DNA of 44,357 nt, from NCBI GenBank assembly GCA_043813875.1, contig JBDRKP010000042.1, positions 1 through 44,357 on the forward strand, in the 5' to 3' direction. Under the pieces are notes generated by a model. The model did no database searches. It was not told the DNA's origin and worked only from the letters and a program-made list of their open reading frames with translations. The stretch comes from an archaeon. GTDB lineage: Archaea > EX4484-52 > B79-G9. The translations under genes were made by a program, and so were the position numbers. How positions within the stretch are numbered: position 1 is the stretch's first letter; every line of letters starts with the position of its first letter. Below are positions 27,820-36,182 of the stretch, piece by piece.

Positions 27820-30060
27820 CTATCCGGCACCTATGGCAATCCTGTCATCACCCACGATATACTGATTCTGGCTATTGTATCTGATATAGCCCTCGAATGG
27901 AGTTGCTGATTGTCCGGTCATTCTTAGCTTGTATGTGAAGGTGTAATCTTCGACTACTCTTGCAAAGTATTTTGATTCGAAGACGAACTGCTTGAGAGTC
28001 CGCGTGGATTCTTTATATATCATGCCGCCGTTATCTATCAATTCAAAGCCTTCGGGGATTGTCTCATAGAGGATATATAATGATGGCTTGGTTGATTCGT
28101 TGACGTCGACTATAAGACTGACGTTGAATTCTTCGCCGATGTATGCATTTTGTGGCAGGTCCCTGAAGACACTGAGTGTATCTAAAGATAGACCGCATCC
28201 GCTGACAATATCTGCCGGCTTTGTTTCCGGCTTGTCGCAGTCGTTTGTGTTGTAGTAGTTACGGCTTTGTATGTTGCCTATACATGCGCTCCAGGTGTTG
28301 TTCATGACCCAGTTCGGCGCACAGATATCAATGACGCTGCTATAGTTCCCTCCCAGAGTCTTGAGTCTTACACCTTCGCTTTCTTTGGATTTGACCCAGA
28401 GCATCACATCTTCCAGGAGTTTTATTTTATCCGGGTCGATGTTGTCGGACTGGTCGACAAATAACTGATGATGTACAATGATTACGCACGTTCCGAATTG
28501 CGCCATCGCATCAACGCATGATGATTCTATATCCTCTGCACTGTAGAGGAATTGTCCGCTCCAGTCGTATATGTCTGTTGTTGCAGGGATGTTCAACAGG
28601 CCTTCGGGATATTCCCTGAAAGCATGCCCCATGTCGATAGCGTTCATCCCTGCGGAGAATATCTTTATGCCTGCACTGATTGCCCCGTACAGGGTGTTGA
28701 TATCATAAGAATAATATGGCGGCAGGAATGTTATAGGATTGACGGAGATCGTCTTGTTCATGATATCATTGCCTTCGGTTATTTTTGAGAAAGTGACCTC
28801 CTGGCCTATTCCCTGGAATTCGTCGACATCATGGTTGAGGCCATGGAGCCCGATCTCAACAAGAGGGTCGCTCTTTACGCTTTTCAGATACTCTACAAGC
28901 CTGCTGTCTTCAGCGAGCCTTATTGTGCCTTGTGCAGCGGTCGGGATTACACCCAATGTCTGGGGGATGCCCATATTGCGGATATATTCTGCAACATATA
29001 TTGTATTTTCTGTCGACCAGAATGGTTCGATGTCATCGTTTCGGATGATTATGTATTTGCCGTTGCCGCAGTCCGTGGGGCAAGTGGTGGTGTTTTCGCT
29101 TTCTTCGCAGATATTGTTGCCGCATACTGGCGGGGTATAGCAGTCGGTGTCCGCCTGGTCTATGAATCCATCGCAGTCATTGTCGATGCTGTCTGTGCAT
29201 TCGAGTTCTGTGATGAGGACATCTGTCCAGATGCCGGCAGAGCATATTTTTTTTGGTGTGTCATAGCATGAATTCTGGGAATAGCATGTAGCGCTTGCTG
29301 CGCACTCATTTGCGTTGCAGCAGATTGAATCTGTTGATGTCAGGTCGGGGATGCAGGACAGAGTGGCTGCGCAGTTGCCTGTATTGCAGCTCTCAGCGTA
29401 GCCTGAATAGATCTCCTCTGGCGGAGATACCGGATCTTGTGGGGGTTCTTCATTTCCGGGATCCTGTGGGTTATCAGGGGACTCCGGTGGTTGCGGTTCC
29501 GGGGTGATTTCGCATGATCGGTTCATGGGTTCTGGCGGATTAAGACCACACGCTTTTGTATCATGATAGTTCATGTATTGGATGCTGTCTATGCATTCGG
29601 TCCAGGTATCGTCAAGAACCCAATCAGGCAGACAGCCTACGGTCATTTCGATGCCGCCTATTGTCGGATGGTCTGATGAAGCGTATCTTGCAAAGCCGCT
29701 GAATGCGCCTACCTGAGAGATGTCTGATTTTAAGGTGTATTCTATGATGCGGTCTTCCACGAATGTGCCGTGGTATTTTGATTCAAGAACTGAAAGCCTT
29801 AGCTGTCCTGAAGAGGGGGTGTATGACATGCCGCCGTCACTTATCAGGTCAAAACCCTGCGGTAGATATTCATAAAGGATGTAGCTGCCTGGTTTGTCTG
29901 TTTCGTCAACAGCGATATTCAATGTCACTGTGAAGACAGCGCCGGGGGCGGGGTTCCCGTCAGGCAGGGTACGGGTGACTTCTAATGGTTCGGCAAATGT
30001 ATTGCCTGCAAGTACAAGCATTACGAACAAAGCTACTGCTAAAGTAAATATAAATCTCAT
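27820..30060 (-). CDS. Secreted Cys-rich surface protein with polysaccharide deacetylase (NodB/DUF2334-like) domain
   Basis: Signal peptide; RNDD, HGLNH, FLPPY, VHH motifs; CTDSIDNDCDGFID..DTDC and CGNNICE..E....CPTDC modules; duplicated terminal domains. Confidence 0.8.
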   Translation of the reverse strand: MRFIFTLAVALFVMLVLAGNTFAEPLEVTRTLPDGNPAPGAVFTVTLNIAVDETDKPGSYILYEYLPQGFDLISDGGMSYTPSSGQLRLSVLESKYHGTFVEDRIIEYTLKSDISQVGAFSGFARYASSDHPTIGGIEMTVGCLPDWVLDDTWTECIDSIQYMNYHDTKACGLNPPEPMNRSCEITPEPQPPESPDNPQDPGNEEPPQDPVSPPEEIYSGYAESCNTGNCAATLSCIPDLTSTDSICCNANECAASATCYSQNSCYDTPKKICSAGIWTDVLITELECTDSIDNDCDGFIDQADTDCYTPPVCGNNICEESENTTTCPTDCGNGKYIIIRNDDIEPFWSTENTIYVAEYIRNMGIPQTLGVIPTAAQGTIRLAEDSRLVEYLKSVKSDPLVEIGLHGLNHDVDEFQGIGQEVTFSKITEGNDIMNKTISVNPITFLPPYYSYDINTLYGAISAGIKIFSAGMNAIDMGHAFREYPEGLLNIPATTDIYDWSGQFLYSAEDIESSCVDAMAQFGTCVIIVHHQLFVDQSDNIDPDKIKLLEDVMLWVKSKESEGVRLKTLGGNYSSVIDICAPNWVMNNTWSACIGNIQSRNYYNTNDCDKPETKPADIVSGCGLSLDTLSVFRDLPQNAYIGEEFNVSLIVDVNESTKPSLYILYETIPEGFELIDNGGMIYKESTRTLKQFVFESKYFARVVEDYTFTYKLRMTGQSATPFEGYIRYNSQNQYIVGDDRIAIGAG

Positions 30061-30470
30061 TGTTAACACCTCTTATGCAGGAGGTTGATGTTTGAAGATA
30101 TATATAGATGAGTTGTTCCAAGAAAATGGGGTGGTATAGAGGGGTTATGTTAATCCGGGGGTTGTGTAATTTGACGATATGCATCGCGGCATTATGCCAT
30201 TTGTCTGTGAAATGTCCTGTGTTTTCGTGCAAGGAATGGGCAGGATATGTCCGTCTAAGTGTGGTCTTTTAGTGATTGACGAGTGTTTGTTGATGTATTT
30301 GCTGTGATAGTGGCAAGAACTATAGTTTTGCAAGTTTATCAAATACTTTTTTATATTGACGTTTAATTAACTTTACACGTTTCCCTATATCTTTCGTTGA
30401 CATTGGAAATATGTCGGTCATATCCCGTTTCATTTTCTTTTTCACCATAATTTAGTATTTATTAACTATC

Positions 30471-30914
30471 TTATTTAAATATTCCTTTTAGTTTCGTTAA
30501 AAATACATTATAATTATATTTACCAGCAGCGGTATTGAGCATGAAATTAACAATCTCATCGTCTCTTGTATCCCAATTTTTAAACCAGCTCATATACTTT
30601 TCGGCTAATAAATTAATATTTGTACCAGAATGACTGTAAAATAAATAAATAATTAATGCCGTTCTTTTATTACCGTCCCAAAAGGGATGCTTAGTCGCTA
30701 TTTCATACATCATAAAAGCACCCATTTTTTGAAACAATTCATCATAATCAAGATCGGCGTTTTTTTTGTGTATTTGAATAGTCTCATATACAATAAAATC
30801 TAAATCACTTTCAGATCTAATATTATTATTGAGGTTATATCCTGTTATTGATTCGTGCATTATTTTTATAAATTCTTTTAATTTGTTCCTCCTATTTTCT
30901 TCGTTATTATCCAT
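30471..30914 (-). CDS. Fic/Doc family protein
   Basis: HPFWDGNKRTA Fic/Doc motif; very low GC. Confidence 0.9.
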   Translation of the reverse strand: MDNNEENRRNKLKEFIKIMHESITGYNLNNNIRSESDLDFIVYETIQIHKKNADLDYDELFQKMGAFMMYEIATKHPFWDGNKRTALIIYLFYSHSGTNINLLAEKYMSWFKNWDTRDDEIVNFMLNTAAGKYNYNVFLTKLKGIFK

Positions 30915-31067
30915 CTATGATAACCTCGTATTATGTTTGGTTTCTATATTTTATTAATCTGCAAGCCAAGGTAAGCTCAAATATGGCCGATAAATATATA
31001 GTGTTTGGAAAATACAAACAATTGTTTGGATAATTAAAACAATTAGAATTATGATTGGCGGACAAGA

Positions 31068-31661
31068 ATGATGAACAAGCTGATAAAACCCAGCATATGG
31101 AAGATCCTTCACGTCTTCTATCTCAACAGGAACAAGCCATTGCACCTGAGGGAAATCGCACGGCAGGCAAAGATCAACGAAAGCACTGCAACAACTCATC
31201 TGAATTCGCTTGTTATGCAAAACATCCTCTCTGCAAGGAAAGAGGCCAACCTTAAGATATTTTCTGTGAAAGTAAACGCTGTACCGGACATATTTCCAAT
31301 GTTTGATGAAAAGAGGCTTGATGGACTGCCGATGCTAAGAAAGAACGCGATTAAGCGCTATATTGCCGCCATGGATGAAAAGCCGGTTTTTGCTGTTGTT
31401 TTCGGGTCTACTGCAAAAGGCACATATACGGATGATTCTGATGTCGACATATTAGAGATATTCAACAGGAAGAGAGATACAAAGAACGCGCGCGACTTTG
31501 CAGAATCGCAGACAGGAATCAATATACAGACGTTCCAGATGACTGAAAAGCAGTTTGCAAAAGAACTTGTTGAAAAAAAAGACAAGGTAGTCCAGTCCGC
31601 TATAAGCACGGGGTTTCCGGTTTTCAATCAAAGATACTATTATGAGGCTGTTTTGAAATGA
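31068..31661 (+). CDS. wHTH + minimal nucleotidyltransferase (MNT) antitoxin-like protein
   Basis: HLREIAR HTH; VFGSTAKGTYTDDSDVDI (GSx10DxD). Confidence 0.88.
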   Translation: MMNKLIKPSIWKILHVFYLNRNKPLHLREIARQAKINESTATTHLNSLVMQNILSARKEANLKIFSVKVNAVPDIFPMFDEKRLDGLPMLRKNAIKRYIAAMDEKPVFAVVFGSTAKGTYTDDSDVDILEIFNRKRDTKNARDFAESQTGINIQTFQMTEKQFAKELVEKKDKVVQSAISTGFPVFNQRYYYEAVLK

Positions 31662-31750
31662 ATGAGTTCCAGCTTAAAAGACTGATGGCATCTGTTGGTC
31701 TTCTTGATGAGAAGATCAGAGATTTATTATGCAACTTTTTTTTTCCTTAG
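31658..31750 (+). pseudogene. Truncated partner gene of the MNT (probable HEPN remnant), 30 codons
   Basis: ATG overlaps the MNT stop (ATGA); MNEFQLKRLMASVGLLDEKIRDL then a T-run and TAG. Confidence 0.45.
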
Positions 31751-31878
31751 CACCCGGGAATACAAGCGGAGCGGGTTTCTTCTTTTGTGTACAGCTATAG
31801 TCAAGGCACGAATTAATTGAGTAACGTGCCTTGCCATATACATCAAGGCAATTTGGTTTTTTGTTGAATTTTGTTCAT

Positions 31879-32337
31879 TTATTTCATGCCTTGAGTATAG
31901 ATGGTCTTACTCAAAGAGTTCTGTGCTTTTTTAAGGAAATCCCATACCTTCTGTGCATATTCGCTGTCAAGCTTTTTTCCGTAGTACATTATGCCGTTCC
32001 TGAAATACCTGAACTGGTCAGCGAACTGGATATCGTTTTCACTGAAATCCAGTCTCCGGAGGTATGATACTTCTGCCTCGTGTGCGCCCTTGCCATGTGC
32101 ATTATATCCTTCCATGAGCATCTGCGCCCTGATGAGCTCCATGATGATGTCGTAGCACAGTTTGATAATGGTATTGGCGTTCTTGTCTGTGATGCCGTAA
32201 TTGTCCACGATCTCTAAAAGAAACGAGTATGAGTTTTCAGATTCTCCTTTAAGGAAACGGGCTCTTGATGGATCAGGAGACTGTTTCTTTACTATCCCAT
32301 CATCAATGAACTCTGAAAAGTCCCTCACAGTCCTCAT
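31879..32337 (-). CDS. HEPN-domain toxin-like protein
   Basis: ATGA-coupled to the upstream MNT; Y..IMEL.RA.....GY...G.GAHEA; RNGIMY (Rx4-Y variant). Confidence 0.8.
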   Translation of the reverse strand: MRTVRDFSEFIDDGIVKKQSPDPSRARFLKGESENSYSFLLEIVDNYGITDKNANTIIKLCYDIIMELIRAQMLMEGYNAHGKGAHEAEVSYLRRLDFSENDIQFADQFRYFRNGIMYYGKKLDSEYAQKVWDFLKKAQNSLSKTIYTQGMK

Positions 32338-32882
32338 AACTCTATTCCTCCGGAAAGGACTATGCCATTCAGTATATTTTCCCTAAGATCCTTATGTATC
32401 TCCACAATGGATGGATAGAAATTCAGCCGGATATTTCGCTCTAGAATCTTCTCAAACCGCAGAAGATCAAGCTTCTTTTCCTTTCTTCCTATGACCGCTA
32501 TGTCTATGTCCGATGCTGTCGTGTCATCTCCCCGGGAATAACTGCCGAAAAGAATTATTGTTGCGCCTGCAAGCTCATCCTCGATGAATGACAATGCTCC
32601 TGACTCATATAGCATCTTCTGGTTCTCTGCCCTTTTCAAGGCAATCGTTCTCGGGTTGCTCCGATTCAGCCTTATAGCCCATCTTCCAGAATCCGCATCT
32701 TTCTTCACCTCTACGAGAGATTCTTTTTCAAGAAGCGGCAAGGCTTTTGAAACAGCTGTCTGCGATACGCCAAGCGACCTTGCGATACCCCGCGCATTGA
32801 AGGATACACCTGCTTTCACAAACAGGAACCTTAATATCTCCTGCTGCAATATTGTGAACTTAAGTTTATATATATCAACCAT
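32334..32882 (-). CDS. wHTH + MNT antitoxin-like protein
   Basis: ARGIARSLGVSQTAVSKAL HTH; LFGSYSRGDDTTASDIDIAVI. Confidence 0.9.
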   Translation of the reverse strand: MVDIYKLKFTILQQEILRFLFVKAGVSFNARGIARSLGVSQTAVSKALPLLEKESLVEVKKDADSGRWAIRLNRSNPRTIALKRAENQKMLYESGALSFIEDELAGATIILFGSYSRGDDTTASDIDIAVIGRKEKKLDLLRFEKILERNIRLNFYPSIVEIHKDLRENILNGIVLSGGIEL

Positions 32883-33046
32883 AGTTCATATATGTCCACT
32901 CCAGTTTATATAGTTGCGTACTGAATTGGCAAGAATCCAGATATTTTGCATTGAGAGACAAATAAGTATTCGCTTCCAAACTCACATATCTTTATTGAGA
33001 TGTCAGTCTTTTATGTTCATCGCAGGGAACCGAACTCTATACCGTA

Positions 33047-33299
33047 TGGGGTCACAGGGATTCGAACCCCGATCAGAAGGTCTGCTCCCAATAGATTGGT
33101 TGTTGTTGTTGTTTATTTTTTTGGTTGTTTTGTTGTCTATTCCGGGAAAACCATCGTTGGCCACCTTGGCGCCACTCTTTCTTGCTAATCATCGCGCGCA
33201 TCCGTTCTCACGAATCTGCGCTCAGAGCTCCAGGACACTCGTTCATCAAAACTAAACTATTGTCTGGAGCCTACTATGCTGCCGTTACACCATGACCCC
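33047..33299 (-). tRNA. tRNA-Trp(CCA) with 182-nt intron (33082-33263)
   Basis: Acceptor GGGGTCA/TGACCCC+A; anticodon loop CT-CCA-G^A; T loop GTTCGAATC; BHB helices CTCC/GGAG and CAATAG/CTATTG. Confidence 0.9.
33189..33248 (-). ncRNA. Intron-encoded box C/D guide RNA core (predicted to guide Cm34 of tRNA-Trp)
   Basis: Box C TGATGA (33243-48), guide CTGGAGC complementary to GCTCCAG, box D' CTGA (33222-25), C'-like CGATGA (33189-94); the +5 rule lands on C34. Confidence 0.8.
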
Positions 33300-33424
33300 T
33301 TATCGTACCCTATCCTTTGAGGATTAAATTTAAAAAAGATTACTTTATTTTCAAAGAGATTTTTCTTTACCTATGTGTCATTATCCCTCAAAAATCATGT
33401 GATTTTTATGAAATCGATGAATCA

Positions 33425-33659
33425 CAAGCTTTTTCATCGCGGTTGTAAACGTTTCAGTACACTTTTCATATGCGATGAAAAATCCTGAAATTTGAGTGAG
33501 ATTGAAGGATTTCAAGCTTTTTCATCGCGATAGTACACGTTTCAGTAGACTTTTCATATGCGATGAAAAATCCTGAAATTTGAGTGAGATTGAAGGATTT
33601 CAAGCTTTTTCATCGCCGTAGTACACGTTTCAGCACACTTTTCATATGCGATGAAAAAT
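33425..33659. repeat. 88-bp palindromic tandem repeat, ~2.7 copies
   Basis: Units start at 33425, 33513, 33601; each contains TTTTTCATCGC...GCGATGAAAAA, and the two full units also AAATCCT...AGGATTT. Confidence 0.93.
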
Positions 33660-33715
33660 ATATATACTCGCTTGAACCATAGAGTCATACACATCAATTT
33701 TCGGGGGGAGATAAG

Positions 33716-33892
33716 ATGAAGGGAGAAGTAGAAATCAAGATGAACGGGTCTAGGGGAGGGATCAGCATTATGGATAACAGCGCAAAAGAGAGTTTCAGGA
33801 AGGCAGCAATAAGCGATCTCCTTGCAAGTGTCGAGCAAAGAGACGAGGAAGCAAGACAGAACAACAAGGATTGCTTCAAAAGACCTATCTAA
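33716..33892 (+). CDS. Small hypothetical protein, 58 aa (MKGEVEIKMNGSRGGISIMDNSAKESFRKAAISDLLASVEQRDEEARQNNKDCFKRPI)
   Basis: Hand-translated; strong SD GGGGGAG; TATA-like AAAAATATATATAC at the end of the repeat array. Confidence 0.55.
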   Translation: MKGEVEIKMNGSRGGISIMDNSAKESFRKAAISDLLASVEQRDEEARQNNKDCFKRPI

Positions 33893-34096
33893 TCAAATAA
33901 TGTTGCCGTGAATCGATTTAAGGGTTCACGCGCGATGTCTTTTTCTATAATTTATGCGTGCAAATGCAATACGGCCATGCGGCAGGATATGCGGGGGAGC
34001 AGGCTGCTTGAAATCATTGTTGCTGACCGTATGAGCGATGACTGATCAAAGAAATAAATTTTGGCGCCTATACGGCGCATCGAAACATATTGTGGA

Positions 34097-34167
34097 TGCG
34101 GTAGCCGAGAATCGAACTCGGGCCTCTGCCTTGGCAAGGCAATATCATACCACTAGACAACTACCGC
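34097..34167 (-). tRNA. tRNA-Gly(GCC)
   Basis: Acceptor GCGGTAG/CTACCGC+A; anticodon arm TTGCC-TT GCC AA-GGCAG; T arm CCGAG TTCGATT CTCGG. Confidence 0.95.
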
Positions 34168-34250
34168 GCAAGTTTGTATTTTTTCTTATCTACCTCTTAC
34201 AATAAAAACTTTATTAAGATTTTGATTGTTACATACAATTCACTGATAAA

Positions 34251-34604
34251 ATGAGTGAAAACAAGAAAAAATTCGTAAAAAGAAGGACACGAAAAAAGCC
34301 AAGCGACCAGATAGAGATCGCAAAAGAGAGGATAGAGATACTTTTCGGGAGGGCTGATATTGAATTTCCCGAGCATCCGGAGCTTTCGGACAGGTATGTG
34401 GAGATCGCGCGCAGGATCAGCATGAAATATAATGTGCCGATACATCAGGTATTCAAAAAGAGGTTCTGTAAGAAGTGCAAAAAATATCTTGTTTATGGTG
34501 CCAATTGCAGGGTGCGCCTAGACAGCCAGAAGAAATGCATAATCATAACGTGCCTTGAGTGCAATAACAAGATGATGTACGGATATGCCAGGCCAAAGGA
34601 ATAA
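34251..34604 (+). CDS. rnp4: Ribonuclease P protein component 4 (Rpp21)
   Basis: IAKERIEILF..A, RYV.IARRI, KRFCKKC..L..G.N.RVR, ITCLEC. Confidence 0.93.
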   Translation: MSENKKKFVKRRTRKKPSDQIEIAKERIEILFGRADIEFPEHPELSDRYVEIARRISMKYNVPIHQVFKKRFCKKCKKYLVYGANCRVRLDSQKKCIIITCLECNNKMMYGYARPKE

Positions 34605-34635
34605 ATATATATACTAATAAACGAAAATAAATCTC

Positions 34636-34992
34636 ATGGAAGGGAAAAATATTGTAGGAATCGCTCTTGTCATTATCATGGGCATCGTGATATTCGGTAT
34701 CGTGAGCATAATCAATGCAACGCTTGACAATATCGACCAGAAATGCAATACTTGCGGCGACGACTGCAAGATTGCGGCGTGCTCAAACAATTCTTCATCA
34801 ACCGGAAAGATGTTCACCTATGTGCTGATAGGCATATATATTGTATCTGCTGCCGGGATACTTTATTTCTCTTTCAAAAAGAGCGATGAAGCGCCGAAAA
34901 TCGCCAATGATTATACTGCTGAAGGCGCTGCCTCATCGCAGGGCGAACAAGGTCCTGTACAAGGCGGAGAAGACGAGTTTGCTTATGGCTGA
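34636..34992 (+). CDS. Hypothetical two-TM membrane protein with Cys-rich loop
   Basis: Two hydrophobic helices flanking CNTCGDDC...C; acidic tail. Confidence 0.7.
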   Translation: MEGKNIVGIALVIIMGIVIFGIVSIINATLDNIDQKCNTCGDDCKIAACSNNSSSTGKMFTYVLIGIYIVSAAGILYFSFKKSDEAPKIANDYTAEGAASSQGEQGPVQGGEDEFAYG

Positions 34993-35135
34993 GTGAGAGG
35001 ATACGGACAAACTATATAAAGTTATCATTGCAATCTAGTTATGGCGTCATTGAGTTGCAAACAATGGTACGAGGAATAGCATAATAGTATAATTGAGAGT
35101 GGCCTCATTCTGGAATTATATAAACAGGTGGTATA

Positions 35136-35552
35136 TTGACAACAGTATATGATGTAGAACCAAATAAACTTATAGAAGAAACAGCAAAACTGCTTAAGAA
35201 AGATGAAGCGATAAAGCCGCCGGAATGGTCGTATTTTTCGAAAACCGGCGCTCATAAACAGAAAGTGCCAACAGAAAGAGACTGGTGGTATGTCAGAGTC
35301 GCTGCTGTATTCAGACGGATATATGTAGAACCGCAGGGAGTGCAGAGGCTTAGGCGCGCATACGGCGGCAGGAAGAACAAAGGATACAAACCTGAAAGGT
35401 TTGTCATAGGAAGCGGCAGCATAGCAAGAAAAAGTCTCATGCAGCTAGAGAAAGCAGGTTTTGTTAAAAAAGAGAAAGTCGGGCGAGCCATAACCCCAAA
35501 GGGCAGAAAGTTCCTTGACAATCTTGCAGACAAGCTATCAAAGAAGAAATAA
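35136..35552 (+). CDS. rps19e: 30S ribosomal protein S19e (TTG start)
   Basis: TVYDV, PPEW....KTG, WWYVR.A...R, YGG, GSGSI.R....QLE.AG, GR.ITPKG. Confidence 0.96.
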   Translation: MTTVYDVEPNKLIEETAKLLKKDEAIKPPEWSYFSKTGAHKQKVPTERDWWYVRVAAVFRRIYVEPQGVQRLRRAYGGRKNKGYKPERFVIGSGSIARKSLMQLEKAGFVKKEKVGRAITPKGRKFLDNLADKLSKKK

Positions 35553-35593
35553 ATGTCTGTATCAAAAATAACTGTTTTTGAGGCGCGCATCAA

Positions 35594-35929
35594 ATGGATA
35601 CACTTGAACAAATAAGAAAACGTAAGATGCAGAATTATCTTGCAGAAAGCCAAAATTCGCAGATGCAGCAGCAGATGGCACAGGAACAGCAGATGCAAGA
35701 GATGCAGGCGCAGATCAAAGGACTCATGAGCATGCTTCTATCAAAAGAAGCACAGGAGAGAATCGCAAATATACGACTGATAAAACCTGAATTTGCGCTC
35801 CAGGTCGAGGTATATCTATTACAGATGTATCAGGCAGGGAAATTAAGGGCAGTCATAACAGATGAACAGCTAAAAGCCATCCTTGACCAGATTGTCAAGA
35901 AAAAAGAGACCAAAATAATACGCAAGTAA
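35594..35929 (+). CDS. PDCD5/TFAR19-related dsDNA-binding protein
   Basis: LEQIRKRK, L..EA.ER..NI.L.KPE.A..VE..L, ITDEQLK.IL. Confidence 0.92.
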   Translation: MDTLEQIRKRKMQNYLAESQNSQMQQQMAQEQQMQEMQAQIKGLMSMLLSKEAQERIANIRLIKPEFALQVEVYLLQMYQAGKLRAVITDEQLKAILDQIVKKKETKIIRK

Positions 35930-36011
35930 TATAAAGGTTTTAAGTTTAAAAATACTGGTGTTATTGACAGGAAACAGAACATATATCACAATGAGAATAT
36001 GACTAAATAAA

Positions 36012-36157
36012 AGAAATTGCCTAAAATTTGTGCATCCAAACCGCAACAAGCTGCTGGATATTGCACAAATTTTTTCGCTTACGCGAACCGGCAATTTCTA
36101 TCTTTTCAGTTTGGAAGAACCGCAGCAAGCTGCGGGATATTAGACCCAAACTGAAAA
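36012..36157 (+). other. Twin-hairpin non-coding element with duplicated 24-nt core upstream of rpl39e
   Basis: Stems 36012-21/36090-99, 36023-34/36062-73, 36103-14/36146-57; AACCGCARCAAGCTGCKGGATATT at 36039-62 and 36118-41. Confidence 0.65.
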
Positions 36158-36182
36158 TAAACACAATAGAATGGTGATCAAT

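Noticed and set aside
30070..30470. Possible ncRNA or gene in the 400-nt gap before the Fic gene
   Set aside because: No strong stems, repeats or credible ORF found by eye
33425..33659. 88-bp array as a CRISPR array
   Set aside because: The variable segments are near-identical to one another rather than unique spacers, the constant part is too long, and no cas genes are in the window
33425..33659. GATGA and CTGA words in the repeat as box C/D sRNAs
   Set aside because: Spacing leaves only 6-8 nt guides and the C boxes are sequestered in the main stem; not convincing
34093..34096. Encoded CCA on tRNA-Gly
   Set aside because: The discriminator A is followed by TCCA, so the CCA is out of register by one base
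35013..35135. Structured leader upstream of rps19e
   Set aside because: Only short AT-rich stems (5-7 bp), and a second TATA-like element lies close to the start; not distinguishable from chance
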